Origin: Dehalococcoidia bacterium
GTDB taxonomy: Bacteria > Chloroflexota > Dehalococcoidia > Plut-88900
Reading direction: 5' to 3'
DNA length: 64,000 bases
Assembly (NCBI GenBank): GCA_965207225.1
Contig: CBDBLV010000003.1
Coordinates: 295,419 to 359,418 of the forward strand
This document shows positions 47,950 to 59,700 of this stretch, piece by piece; within the stretch, counting starts at the first letter, position 1; each line of letters starts with the position of its first letter. The notes beneath the pieces were generated by a model. The model searched no databases. It worked only from the letters and a program-made list of their open reading frames with translations, and was not told the DNA's origin. The translations under genes and the position numbers were made by a program.

Positions 47950-48870
47950 ATGCCGCCCTTCGCCTTCTTCAAAGGGGATTTCGTACCGTTGTCCGAGGCC
48001 AAGGTCGGGATTATGACCCACGCCCTCAACTACGGCACAGCGGTCTTCGAAGGTATTCGGGGCAACTGGAACGAAGATGACCGCCAGATATATCTCTTCC
48101 GGGTCAAGGAGCACTACGAGCGGCTGCACAAGAGCTCCCGCATCCTGAACCTCAGGCTGGACTACTCGGTAGACGAGCTTTTCGACATTACGCTGAAACT
48201 GGTCGACATGTGCAAGTTCGAGGAGGACATTTACGTCAGGCCCATGGTCTACCAGAGCGGGGAGGTCCTAGGCGTTCGCTCCCACGATGTAGGGAATGAT
48301 TTCTTCATCTTCGTGGCACCCTTTGGGCCTTATTTCAGCGGCGACGATGGGATACGTTGCTGCATTTCCAGCTGGCGGAGGCCCATGGATACCATGATCC
48401 CGCCCCGTGCCAAGGTCACGGGCATCTACGTCAACAGCGCCATGGCCAAGACCGAAGCCATGCTCAACGGATTCGACGAGGGCATAATGCTCACACAGGA
48501 CGGCCACGTTTGCGAGGGGAGCGGCGAGAACCTGTTCGTAGTGGAAAATGGCGCCCTAGCCACTCCCTCTGCGTCTGACAGCGTGCTCCTGGGAATCACC
48601 CGCAGCACGGTTATGGAGATCGCCCGGAACGAACTGGACATGCCCTCCGTGGAACGCCAGGTTGACCGCAGTGAACTCTATGCCGCCGACGAGGTATTCC
48701 TGACGGGCACCGCCGCCCATATCACCCCTGTCATAGAGATAGACCATCGGGCCATAGGCGACGGCAAGGTCGGCCCCGTGACCCGGCAACTTGCCAGCAC
48801 CTACGTGGACATAATCAGGGGCAAGAACGAGAAGTATGGAACGTGGTGCACACCTGTCTACGGAAACTAA
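47950..48870 (+). CDS. ilvE: Branched-chain amino acid aminotransferase
   Basis: HALNYG..VFEGIR, AK..G.YVNS, EGSGENLF, L.GITR and EVFLTGTAA; AAGGAGG before ATG 47950. Confidence 0.95.
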   Translation: MPPFAFFKGDFVPLSEAKVGIMTHALNYGTAVFEGIRGNWNEDDRQIYLFRVKEHYERLHKSSRILNLRLDYSVDELFDITLKLVDMCKFEEDIYVRPMVYQSGEVLGVRSHDVGNDFFIFVAPFGPYFSGDDGIRCCISSWRRPMDTMIPPRAKVTGIYVNSAMAKTEAMLNGFDEGIMLTQDGHVCEGSGENLFVVENGALATPSASDSVLLGITRSTVMEIARNELDMPSVERQVDRSELYAADEVFLTGTAAHITPVIEIDHRAIGDGKVGPVTRQLASTYVDIIRGKNEKYGTWCTPVYGN

Positions 48871-48892
48871 CCGCAACTTCAAAGGACAAAGA

Positions 48893-48922
48893 AAAGGCCC
48901 GGGGCTGAGCCCCCGGGCCTTT
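48893..48922. terminator. Bidirectional intrinsic terminator
   Basis: AAAGGCCCGGGG-CTGAGC-CCCCGGGCCTTT between convergent genes. Confidence 0.8.
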
Positions 48923-48941
48923 CTGCTTCCGGCTCCATCAG

Positions 48942-50063
48942 CTAGTTCAGGTTGTACAAACGGGCGCAATTGTCCCAGAGAATCTTCTTGCGGGACTCGT
49001 CGCTGATGCCGTCCATTTCGAAGAAGGTGTCGATGGCGTGGGGGAACTTGCAGTCGGAGTGAGGGTAGTCGGTAGTGAAGACGAGGTGGTCGTCCCCGAA
49101 GTGCCTGATCACGTCGTTGACCAGGTATTCGTCAACGTCGACGGAGATGAAGCACTGTCTCCTGAACAGGTCGCTGGGCTTCTCGGACAGGTTGATTACG
49201 CCGTCCAGGCCCTCGTAGAGCTCGTAGCGTTCGTCCAGGCGGTAGAGCAGCCAGGGCAGCCAGCTGCAGTTGCCTTCGAGTATGGCGACGGTGAGCTTGG
49301 GGAAGCGGTCAAGGATGCCGCCGGCGGTCATGTAAATGGTAGCCAGCATGTCTTCCATGGGCTGGTCGAAGGTCTCGACCAGCCAGGTGAGCCTGTCGAG
49401 GGTTGCGAAACGGTTGGACCAGTGGACCTGGTTGGGGGAGAAGCTGGGGTGGAAAGTCACGGGGAGATTGAGGTCCTGTGCCTCCTCCCAAACGATGTCG
49501 AAGTAGGGTTCGGGCAGCTGGCGACCGAGGACCGGTTCGGGTGTGAAGCAGGAGGCCACGTGGCCCAGGTCATTGGCTATCCGGCGCAACTCCTGGGCTG
49601 CGAGGGTGGCATCGTGGAGGGTGATGAGGCCTGCGGCCTTCATCCTGGCCGGATCCTCTTTGCAGAAGTCGGTGATCCAGTCATTCCAGGCCTTGTTGAG
49701 GTCGTTGGCGTACTCCGGTTCGTGGGCGTCGTCTGTGTGGAGGGGGAGGGTGCGGAACATGACGGCCACATCTATGCCTTCCATCTCCATGGCCTGGAGC
49801 TGGGACGCCGAGTTGAAGTCGTGGTCGCTGCCCACGGTGAACCTGTGGGCGACCTGGGAGTCGATGTCCGGGGTGCTGGTGGCCTGAGTCCGTCGGATTC
49901 TTTCGCCCTGGGCGGTCGTGTAGCGGACTCCCCCGTAGGGGTAGGGCCGCTTTCCCCTGGGAATTCGGTCTCCCCACCTGGGGTCCATATAGGTGGTGTA
50001 AAGGTCCGCGGGTTCCAGTACGTGGAGGTCCGAGTCCAGGACCTTGTAACCGTTCTTCGCCAT
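48942..50063 (-). CDS. Amidohydrolase family protein (Amidohydro_2)
   Basis: DSDLHVLEP, LEGNCSWLPW and FTTDYPHSD. Paralog of the 28-31 kb pair. Confidence 0.9.
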   Translation of the reverse strand: MAKNGYKVLDSDLHVLEPADLYTTYMDPRWGDRIPRGKRPYPYGGVRYTTAQGERIRRTQATSTPDIDSQVAHRFTVGSDHDFNSASQLQAMEMEGIDVAVMFRTLPLHTDDAHEPEYANDLNKAWNDWITDFCKEDPARMKAAGLITLHDATLAAQELRRIANDLGHVASCFTPEPVLGRQLPEPYFDIVWEEAQDLNLPVTFHPSFSPNQVHWSNRFATLDRLTWLVETFDQPMEDMLATIYMTAGGILDRFPKLTVAILEGNCSWLPWLLYRLDERYELYEGLDGVINLSEKPSDLFRRQCFISVDVDEYLVNDVIRHFGDDHLVFTTDYPHSDCKFPHAIDTFFEMDGISDESRKKILWDNCARLYNLN

Positions 50064-50168
50064 AGCTAATCTCCTCCTCGGCTGCTCATCGGTTGCTTCC
50101 GTCGCCTAGAGCGGGTCTGTGCCACCTCCCAAACCGGAATGGATGGACTTGGGTTTGAAGGCGCCGCG

Positions 50169-50198
50169 ATTCTAGGCATCGGCGAGGGGGATTGTCAA
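50169..50198 (-). promoter_or_regulatory. Sigma70-type promoter of the amidohydrolase gene
   Basis: Minus strand TTGACA-18nt-TAGAAT. Confidence 0.6.
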
Positions 50199-50289
50199 TG
50201 TGCTACCCACTTTCAGCGGGTTGGTGTACACCGGGTTTCTATTCTGTTGTGGGATTTCTGTTTTCAGTTTGTCCGTCTTGGAGGGGGTC

Positions 50290-50597
50290 GGCGATGGAAG
50301 GTCCGGGACTCAGTTTCAGGGGGCGGGAGGCCTGCCTGGTTCAGCCCCGTGTTCCTGTGTCACATGGCAGACAAGCGAGGGGTTCTCGCCTGAGGGCGTC
50401 TCTGCCACCAGTTTTTCAGTTTTCCCGACCCACTCGGAGGGGTGGGTGGGTGTTTTCTCGCTGCCGTCGCTGGGTTAACGGGTATCTCCGAAGGGAACGA
50501 CGGGGGAGATTTTTCCAAGGGCCATAAGGCCCGAGGTTTTTCGGCAGGGCTCCTATATGAGGGGCGTGCCGTTTAATGTTGTGGACCTTCCATCGCC
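50290..50597 (-). ncRNA. Candidate large structured non-coding element, locus B
   Basis: Perfect 15-bp terminal inverted repeat GGCGATGGAAGGTCC / GGACCTTCCATCGCC. A series of hairpins separated by A-rich linkers on the - strand. Motifs shared with 20154-20724. Confidence 0.5.
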
Positions 50598-50826
50598 TGG
50601 ATGGATGGGGAAGGGTCACGGGACCCGATGGGATGAGGAGATGGCGACGTTCGCTTGTGCCGCAACCTGCCTGTCTCGTAAGGGGGGCGATTGGCCGGTC
50701 GCCTCCTACGGGAAGGGAGAGGTCTTGGGATGGGCTTAGGCGTTGAGTCCTCGGTGTCGGGTCTCGGGGGATTCCCTGGGTTTTTGGATCCTCCTTAAGG
50801 TTGGTGTCGGGTCTAGACTTAGAACA

Positions 50827-50855
50827 AATATAAAGCTCAAATGTTTACATGTCAA
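50827..50855 (-). promoter_or_regulatory. Sigma70-type promoter
   Basis: Minus strand TTGACA-17nt-TATATT, with a TCACAA-TT-TTGTGA palindrome (50865-50878) just upstream. Confidence 0.65.
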
Positions 50856-50901
50856 GGGGCAATGTCACAATTTTGTGAGAATATCCCCCTGGCCCCTCCA
50901 A

Positions 50902-51018
50902 GGGAACCCTCACCCCCTTGGTCCCCCTCTCCCTTAGGGCCTATAAGGGAGAGGGGGAAAGATGAATAGAGGCCCACGTGCGTGCAGGGCACGCACGTGG
51001 GCCTCTAATTCAGTACTG
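50902..51018 (-). repeat. Composite palindromic repeat, copy 3
   Basis: Reverse complement reads CAGTACTGAATT, then AGAGGCCCACGTGCGTGC-CCT-GCACGCACGTGGGCCTCT, then the boxC-like module. Confidence 0.85.
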
Positions 51019-51099
51019 GGGGGAGAGCAGGGAACCTCGTCCCAGATTCCTCGCGGGGCATCGGAATGACAGTCATTTAAAGGTTCACTATTGCAGAGA

Positions 51100-51168
51100 G
51101 AGAGGGAAGAACAGAGGCAAAAGTTGATGCTCCAGCGCCAGCGTTTGCCTCTAGTTCAACGCTTGGGG
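51100..51168 (-). repeat. Composite palindromic repeat, partial copy 4
   Basis: TTGAACT-AGAGGC...GCCTCT-GTTCTT with an imperfect 40-nt hairpin; the boxC-like part is absent. Confidence 0.7.
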
Positions 51169-51279
51169 AAGAGGGAGGGGATAGGGCTCGGCTGGGGGGA
51201 ATGGAGGGCGGTAAGAGGGGACCCCTCCCCGCCACCCCGGGATAAATATGAGTCCCACCCACCCGCCCTGTTTTATTGC

Positions 51280-51316
51280 ATTATCAGAAATTTGGCAGTG
51301 CCAAATTTCTGATAAT
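51280..51316. repeat. Perfect AT-rich 37-bp palindrome
   Basis: ATTATCAGAAATTTGGCA-G-TGCCAAATTTCTGATAAT. Confidence 0.9.
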
Positions 51317-51651
51317 TCTTTACCAAGGGGGATGCGATGGAAGGATGGGAGTGGTAAAGAATGGGGTGGGTTTAGTGAAGGGCGTTTGAGATTCCTCGCG
51401 GGGCCTCGGAATGGGAAGGGGAGGGGGTTGGACACCCGGCCCCGTTCCGTTCGGTAGACCCCCTGCTTACGCAGGGGCAGGTTCTTCGATTCCGCTCAGG
51501 GCGAATGGAACCCCCGCCCGCGGGATGGGCGGGGGAGGGAAGGGGAACATCCAGGTAGGTTAGCGAGATTATGCAGGGTGAAGCTGCTCTAGTCACGAGG
51601 CATGCCTCTGAGATATAATTACCTCCCGTTCGCGCCGTTTATTCGGTTTTC

Positions 51652-51728
51652 GGCCCCGTGGTGTAGCGGACTAACATGCCACCCTGTCACGGTGGAGATC
51701 GCCGGTTCGAATCCGGTCGGGGTCGCCA
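51652..51728 (+). tRNA. tRNA-Asp(GTC)
   Basis: GGCCCCGTGGTGTAGCGGACTAACATG-CCACC-CTGTCAC-GGTGG-AGATCGCCGGTTCGAATCCGGTCGGGGTCGCCA. Confidence 0.96.
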
Positions 51729-52518
51729 ACGCCGGCTACCAGTTAGTCATCGAGGGGGCCAGCTATCGAGAGAGGCTCTCTCCCCATCGTAATCTGCTGA
51801 GCAATGGGGAGGTGGTTGACCCAACTGCCACATCCTGACTGAAGTATCTATTGGTCATGCCCTGGGTGGACCAAATACTGTGGTGATAACTGGTCTACAG
51901 GTCCTGGTTAATGACTGTACAGGTGCGCTGTATGACGCATTAACGTGGGACATAACGCAATTGAGGAGCGCTGGACATTTCTCTTCGAAAAGACATTTGG
52001 GATTTGGCCAAGATAAGCCGACTGAGCACTCCGCCCACTTTGTGTTCTTAAGCGGGATTCAAACCAACAGTGCATTTCGCCGATTGCAATGCTGTCATTC
52101 AGATAGAGACCTCCCACCGAAATGTTCGCAGTACAGTACGCGACGGCCCACCACCGCTTACGGTAGATACCGCCATCTTCGAGATGTCGCTTGGCAGCCT
52201 GTCGGCGCACCAAGGACTTGCGATACCTGTAGTGTGACGCCTAGTGACGGGGAAACGTGAGCGCTGGTCACTGGAGGTCTACTCTCCTCGCGTCTCCCCA
52301 TCCGCCATGCGATAGCCTGTCAATAGCCGACGCGAGGCTTGTAGCAACTTGCGTCGGGCTGACCGCATCCTAATCCCGCTTCCGCCCCGTCCTCATCAGA
52401 TCAGTGCTGACACACCCGTGCATTCCCGGCCCTAGTCTGCCCCATATCCTAATTGAGGCACTTAAGGACCCGCTCGGGAACGGGGCTGCTATCAGGACGT
52501 TATTGAAGCACTGGAGGT

Positions 52519-53560
52519 ATGTCGGAGTTGCAGTCGGCCGTCGCGCTGGGCCTGCTCTTGGTGGCGTTTCTCACATTCCCGGACCGCAACGCGCTGGTTG
52601 CCAAGGGGCCCATGAACACTGGCCACGAGGGATTGGGCTGCCAGGAATGCCACTCAGCCGTAGCGGGCACCGCCGCGCAGCAACTGAACTCCAACGTCTA
52701 CGACTGGCTGGGCCTGCGGGAGTCCACCATCGGTTTTGGCTCCGAGGATGTCGGTAACGCAGCCTGTCTGGACTGCCACGAGAGGCCTGACGACCGGCAC
52801 CCGATCTCCCGCTTCCTCGAGCCGCGCTTCGCCGATGCACGGGAGCACATCGAGGCCCACATGTGCGTCGCCTGCCACACCGAGCACCAAGGGGTGCGGG
52901 TGACTCAGCCCACCATCGGTTTCTGCACCCACTGCCACCAGGACACCTAGTTGGAGGACGACCCCATCACCCCCACGCACGCCGGGCCGCTTCCGGCGCT
53001 CTTCCTGCGGGAGACTGCCGAGGGTCTCCGGCGTAGTCCAGTCCCCCTGTATCTCTTCCTCGGCTCGGACTTTCCGATCAACGACGCCAACAAATTCACC
53101 GGCTTGCAGACAGAGCACTTTCAGGTCATCAGGCGCACCGGCGAGCCGCAGTTCTTCTTGGACCCGGATATCGGCTTTCAGACTGCCATGTTCACGGACA
53201 TCGCCTCGGCGGAGGCGTGCGTTGTCTGCCACAACAGCGACGCGAACTCCGCCCAAGACCGACTGGCAGGTGGGCGACGTCATGGGTGCGACCACCTGGT
53301 CATACCCGGAGGACGAGATAAGCATGGCCGAGGCCATGGAACGAATAGGAGCTCTGCGCCGGAGAGTCCGTGAAGCCTATGTGCACTACCCGGAGAAGGT
53401 TGCCACCTTTGCCGACCCTCCACCTGTGGGAGACCTGTGGCCCGCAGAAGACTATTTCCTTCCATCGGCAGATGTCTTCATGGCGGAGGTGGAGGAGAGG
53501 ACGTCGGCCCAGACCCTTCGTTTGCTGCTGGAGGCGCAAGACATGGGGGAGGCGCGATGA
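52519..53560 (+). pseudogene. Disrupted multiheme c-type cytochrome (multiheme N-terminus plus a single-heme Tll0287/DUF3365-like domain)
   Basis: CQECH, CLDCH, CVACH and CTHCH are followed by an in-frame TAG at 52948-50. The same frame continues to CVVCH, then a frameshift near 53250 leads into PKTDWQVGDVMGATTW. Confidence 0.75.
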
Positions 53561-53750
53561 CAACGGGGCGAATCCGTGGATGAATCTCTGGGGGAAACTG
53601 CCGGCAGCGCCGCGAGCCGGGGAAGACCCGTTCGTGCTGGCCGTCACCGTGAAGATGGCGTCACCGACACCGGCCCAACCAAGTGGCCCGAAATCGCATT
53701 CTTGCCGCTGGGTAGTGGATCTTGGACTCATTCTCGTTGCATTAGGGTAG

Positions 53751-53767
53751 CCCCCCCCCCCCCCCCC
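53751..53767 (+). repeat. C17 homopolymer in the promoter region of the giant surface protein
   Basis: 17 consecutive C between TTGCAT (53737-42) and TACAAT (53772-77). Confidence 0.9.
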
Positions 53768-53775
53768 ATAGTACA

Positions 53776-56700
53776 ATGAGTATGGGTAACTATATGGTGA
53801 AACGGTCCATAGACTGGGCGCGGATTGCATCTATCGTAGAATTCCGCACACCGGCGGAAGCCTCGCGAGAGCGCCAAAGCCGGTCTGGATGGCACACGCA
53901 TTGGCTGGGCTTGTTCCTGATCGTTGGCGCCACCCTTGTCGGCCTGTTCGCCAGTGACGTCTCGGCCCAGCAGGGCCCAGACCGTGTCCCAGTGACAGTA
54001 TCCCCGACCAGCGTCACGATTCTAGAAGGCGGACCGGCCCAAGACATCACGCTAACGATACCGGCAAATTCCGGAACCCGAGAGCGCAAATTTTACTATA
54101 CCTTTATTCCCTCGATCGACATCACCGAAACTTACGGGTCCGCTGGTATATATGGACAGGACTTCACGGCGAAGGTTGGGGGAAACACTGTCGTTCGACA
54201 GGGGACTATAACGCTTAGCGGCAGTTCGGAAGAGGCTCGCACCGCAACCATATCCTTGGAGGCAATCTGGGATGGTATAGCAGAGAAGCCGGAAAGGTTC
54301 GCAATTGATTTCCAACCCTTCAACTTTTCGGATCCGGAAGTTAGTTTTCCCAACAACAAGATAACGGTCACTATCACCAACCGGCCGCTCCCCGTCAACG
54401 TGGCAAACGACCGAGGCAAGGAGGACTGGGACGACGGTGCCACAGAAGCTGCCAAGAAGGACGGCAAGGTCGTCTTTCGGGTTGAGTTGCCGACCGCGCC
54501 ACAGGGCGCCGCTCAAACCGTCAACTACGCCATCACACCCGACGCCCCACCCGATTTCAGTAATGCCGCCAGCGCCGGCGACTACACGCCGCCCGCCGGC
54601 GGCGCATCGGGAACACTCTCCTTCCTGGACACCAAGGTACAGGAGATTGTTGTCACCCCGGTCGACGACAATCTCGTTGAGGGGGTGGAGGCTTTTACCC
54701 TGACCCTCAGCAATCCATCCGGCAACTTGGAGTTTCCCGACCAGGACGGCGACGGAACTCCGGATACAACCCTCAAGGCCTACGGCTTCATCGAAAGCGA
54801 AGACACCGTCGACGTCACGATCCGCGGCGGCACGGTGGCGGAGGGTGAGGCGGCCCGGCTGCCCGTCACCCTGGCGCGGGCGCTGCGGCCCGGCGAGCAT
54901 GCCAGCATCCTCGCCGAAGTCGTCGAGCCAACGGGCAGCCATTGCGCCGGCGGCGAAAAACAAGCGGTGGAGCACGTGGATTACCGGGAAGTGAATTCAC
55001 AGCGCTTCACCTTTGGGCCAGGAGACCAGACCGGGCACTTCGAGGTCTATACCCGCCGGGATGTTCTGGATGAGAACGACGAATGCATCCTGGTGTTCTA
55101 TGGCAATGCCGAAGGGTTGCGGGCGGTCGACGCCGACGGCGGCCAGCCCATAGTAGAGACCGACGCTGACGGCAATGAACATCGCTATTTCCTGAAGGAA
55201 CTGACCATCACGGATGACGACGACCCGCCAATCGTGTCCGTGACCAGTTCGACGGTGAGGGAGCCCGACGAAGGGGAAACCGCCAAGCTCACCTACGTTG
55301 TCCGGCTGGACCGGTCCAGCGGCCGGACGGTCAAAGTGAACTACGCAAGAATCTCTCGGGCCGGAACCGGACTGCCTGACCAGGCCACATCGGGCACGGA
55401 CTATGAGGCCCTGAGTGCCGGCACCCTCACCTTCCTGCCCGGCGAAACGCGAAAGAAGGTTGAGGTTACCGTCAAGGGCGATTACGAGAAAGAACCCGAT
55501 GAAGTCGTGTGGATTAGCTTTACCAACGCGGTGAACGCCTGCTTCCGCGGCGTGCCTTCTTGCGGAGGCGGCGGCCTCATCTCTCGCGGCATCATCCTCA
55601 ACGACGACGACCCGGTGGAACTGACGGTTGCCGTGGATGACGCCACGGTGCTGGAAGGAGTCTCGGCCGTGGTTCGTCTCACCCTCTCCAGGCCCGTGCC
55701 CTACGATCTGTCCGCCAACTTCAAGACCAAAGACATTACGGCGACGGGAGGGGTTGATTATCGAGACCTGAGCGGCACGGCCTTTTGGATCCATGTCCCG
55801 AAAGGCCAAACCACTGGTCGCAAGGCGATTGGAGTTCATGACGACGGGATAAGCGGCGAGGGTCTGGAAACCTTCACCCTGGAGTTTGAAGCCGGGGCCA
55901 GCCTTTTCTTGCTGGGCGTTGCGCCAGAAAATGAACGTGTCCGAAAACAACTGTTCGGGGTCAACTACGAGTATGCAGACCTGGCGGCCAGCGTCTCCAT
56001 GCCCACCATCACCATCGTGGACCGGCCCGGCCTGTCGCTGACGGTCCTGGAAGACAAGGTCACCGAAGGGCAGCCGGCTCACGTGCGGGCCACCCTCAGC
56101 GATCCGTCGGCCACCGACGTCACTTTCACCTGGAAGACCCAGGACGGCGGCAACGGCGCCGACGACGCCCACACCGCCAAGGCAGGCAAGGACTACACGG
56201 CGCGGACCATGCAGTCCGCCACCATCCCCGCCGGTGAGACCAGTATCGACTTGCCCGCGGTGCAGACGCTGCAAGACACGATAGACGAGGGCGACCAGTA
56301 CTTCACCGTGACGGTGGTCTCCGTTACCGGCGCCCTGCCCGACGACGCTGACGCGGTGGTGACCGTGCGTGACGACGACTCCCGGCCCTGGATGTCCATT
56401 GGCGACGCCGAGGCAGTGGAAGGCGGCAGCCTCGAATTCACCATCTCCCTGGACGCCGCCTCGGAGAGGCCGGTGTCGGTGATATGGGTGACGGAGGACG
56501 ACACCGCCAGTGTCCTGGACAATGACTACGTGGGCGTTACGGCGCGGCAGACCGTCACCTTCGCGCCGGGCGAGCTGAGCAAGACCATCGTGGTGGATTC
56601 CCAGCCCGACATCGAGCCCGAGGTCGACGAGCAGTTCCGGATCCAGCTGGCCCACGCGCCCCATGCCAAGTTCCGGGACCCCACCGCCGTGGGCACCATC

Positions 56701-59700
56701 AAGAACGACGACACCATGCAGGTAGCCATCGCCGACGCCGCCCCGGTCACCGAGGGTCCCGGCGCCACGGCCGATTTCGTGATCAGCCTCAAGCCGGCCC
56801 AGACCTCGGCCGTGACCGTCCGGTGGGCAACGAGCGACGGGGCCTCGGGCCCACTCCATTCGGCCCGCAGCGGAGGCAACGGCAACCAGGGAGAGAATGA
56901 CTTCACCGCCGCCAGCGGCTCCGTCACCTTCGCGGCCGGCGAAACCGAGAAGACGGTTTCGGTCACGGTCAATGACGACGATTTCATCGAGAACACCGAA
57001 GAGTTCCGGGTGACCATCAGCGGCGACGAAGCCAGCATCGACTTCAGCAACGTCGTCGGCTATGCCGAAATCGAGGACGACGACGCCCTGACCTGGGAGA
57101 TCGTCGGCGTCCTCCCCGCGGCCCTTCCCGAGGGCACGACTGCCGACTGGGACGACGACACGATCTATCAGGTGAAGATCAGACGGACGGCGCATCCCGA
57201 TGAAGTGAACTTTCCATGGGACGAGTTCGGATTTCAGGTGTGCGCCCTGACGCGTCCCAACCCCCGGAATTTCCCGGGAGGAGCGACGCCTCGGGGCCTG
57301 ACTGTGGGCGCCGCCGGCAGCACGGATGTCTCAGTTGGCAAAATCGCCAACGGCGAGTTCCGGGCGAGTTTAGTGGAATGCCATGAGCGAACTCGAATTG
57401 GCGAGCTGGCGGAGATTCACACCGTACAATTTGGGGGAACACTCCGCGAGATTACGTTTGGTGTGCGGCCCCGCGGAGACAGTTTGGCAGAAGGCAACGA
57501 AACCCTGTCCCTGTGGCTCTATCCGTTCGTTGGGAGGGGGTGGAGCCTGTTCTCGCCTGACGCCCGGCTGGGGTTGGTGCTCACCACCACCATCATTGAC
57601 GACGAGCGGCCCCAGGCGTCCGTGAGCGGCCCCGCCTCGGTGAACGAGGACGCCGGGCGCGCCCGGTTCACCGTCAGCCTTTCCAAGCCCCACACGCAGG
57701 CGCTGGAGGTCTTCGTCGACGTCAGGAACGGCACCGCAATCGCCGGAGAGGATTATCAGCCCGTCCGCGAAAAGATCACCTTCGCCCCCGGAGAAACGGC
57801 GCAGACGGTCGAAGTCGTCATATTCGAGGACGGCCGGAACGAGCCCGTGCCCGAGACCTTCACCGTTTTCCTGGAAGAGGCGTCCGCCGGGCTGAACATC
57901 CACCCCGTGGAAGGCGAGGCCACCGTCGAGATCAACGACTCCACCCAAACGGATCTTTACATCCCCGACCGGGTGGTGGACGAAGGGGAAACGGTTGACA
58001 TCTTGTTCAATTCATCCAACCCGTTGACGCGTCTCGTAACGGGTCTGGTGTACCTGACAACTGCCGGGGTCAGCAATCCGGCAGCCGACGACGACGTGGA
58101 CTACACCGGCTGGGAACGGGGCAGACGAATTACCGGATACGGGAGTTATCCGTCACGCACCGTTCTTATATTGTCGGGAACTCAATCCTGGAAATTGCCC
58201 GTCCCCACCACCGAGGACAGCCGCGTTGAAGCCGATGAAGACCTGGGGGTTTTGTTCAATATAGCTTCCGTCAATCCCCCGCAGCCTCGTTACAGGGGAT
58301 ATTTCCCCGTCGGTGGTAACCAATCGTACCGGATGCCCCGGATAACAATCCGGAACGATGACCTGGGTTCGGTGGCCGTCGGCGGTTACAGCGACGCGGA
58401 GCGACTGGAGGGTCTGGACTGGGAATCGCCCGTCCCAACGGTTTCCGGCGCTCCCCTGGGCCACGTGACCTGGACCCTGGAAGGGGACGACGACGCGCGC
58501 TTCACCATTGACGCGGACACCGGCGTCATCTCCCTGCCGGCCCAGGACTTCGATGACCCGAAGGACCAGAACACGGACAACGTGTACCAGGTAACCGCCC
58601 GGGCCACCGACGAAGACGGCAATAGCGATACCCAGGCCGTGCGGGTAACCGTCACCAGCTTCCCCATAGCGTCGGTGGCGGCCCCGGCGGCAGCGGTGGC
58701 CGAGGGCGACGACCCAACCAAGACGACTGCCCTGAACTTCCCGGTGAGCCTGTCGGCGGCCAGGAACAGCGACGCTACGCTAACCTACACCCTGGGCGGG
58801 ACGGCCACAGGCGGGACGGCCGAGGAGGTCAGCGACTACACGACCCCGGACCCGCTGGAAGTCACCATCCCCGCCGGGTCTACCACGGCCAACATCGTCA
58901 TCCCGGTCAAGGGCGACGTGGTGGACGAGGATGACGAGACGGTGACCGTTACCCTGACCGGGGCCGTCAACGCGGAGCTGTCCGCCACGGCCGCGGACCT
59001 GACGGCCACCGGCACCATCACCGACGACGATGCCCCGCCCACCCTGTCGGTGGCCGACGCCGAAGCGCCCGAGGGCAGCAAGGTGGCCTTCGAGGTGACC
59101 CTGAGCGCGGCCTCGGAGCAGGCGGTGACCTTCAAGTGGGGAACGTCCGACGACGCAACCGGGGCCAATCCGGCCACGGCGGGAACGGACTACACCGCGG
59201 TGACCACTTTGCAGACGGTGACGATCATGGCGGGGTCGACGACCGCGACTCTGGAGGTGGAGACCGCCCAGGACACGATGGACGAGGAGGACGAGACGTT
59301 CCTGGTGCGGCTGTCCTCGCCCACCGACGCCACCATCTCCGACGGCGAGGGCGAAGGCACCATCACCGACGGGTTCCAGATCACCGGAGACACCAGTTTC
59401 GAAGCGACCGAAAATGTTGCCTGGAGCAGTCCTGGCGACAGTTTCGTCATCTACGGCAATCCGCACGACGACGTCACCTGGACGCTTACCGGGGACGACG
59501 CCGACCTCTTCACCGTTGTCAGCATTTCATCAAGCCTTTCGGTACAGGCACAGATAGACCTGCCCGCCCAGGACTTTGAAGACCCCAAGGACAAGGACGG
59601 GGACAACGTTTACGAGGTCACGCTGGTGGCCACCGATACGAAGGGCCTGTCCGCTGCAACTGACGTGCAAGTCACGGTCACCAACGTAAGCATTGGCGGC

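Noticed and set aside
50821-50849. LexA (GAAC-N4-GTTC) boxes at the two cassette promoters
   Set aside because: Only degenerate matches with two or more mismatches (GCTCAAATGTTT here; GGACATTTGCAC at 19862).
51729-52500. Integrative element at tRNA-Asp
   Set aside because: No integrase and no duplicated tRNA 3' end were seen in the window. The short ORFs here are unrecognisable; only lower GC and a pseudogene hint at an old island.
52948-52950. Pyrrolysine or other read-through of the in-frame TAG
   Set aside because: The same gene also has a frameshift and a probable deletion, and TAG is used as a normal stop throughout the window.
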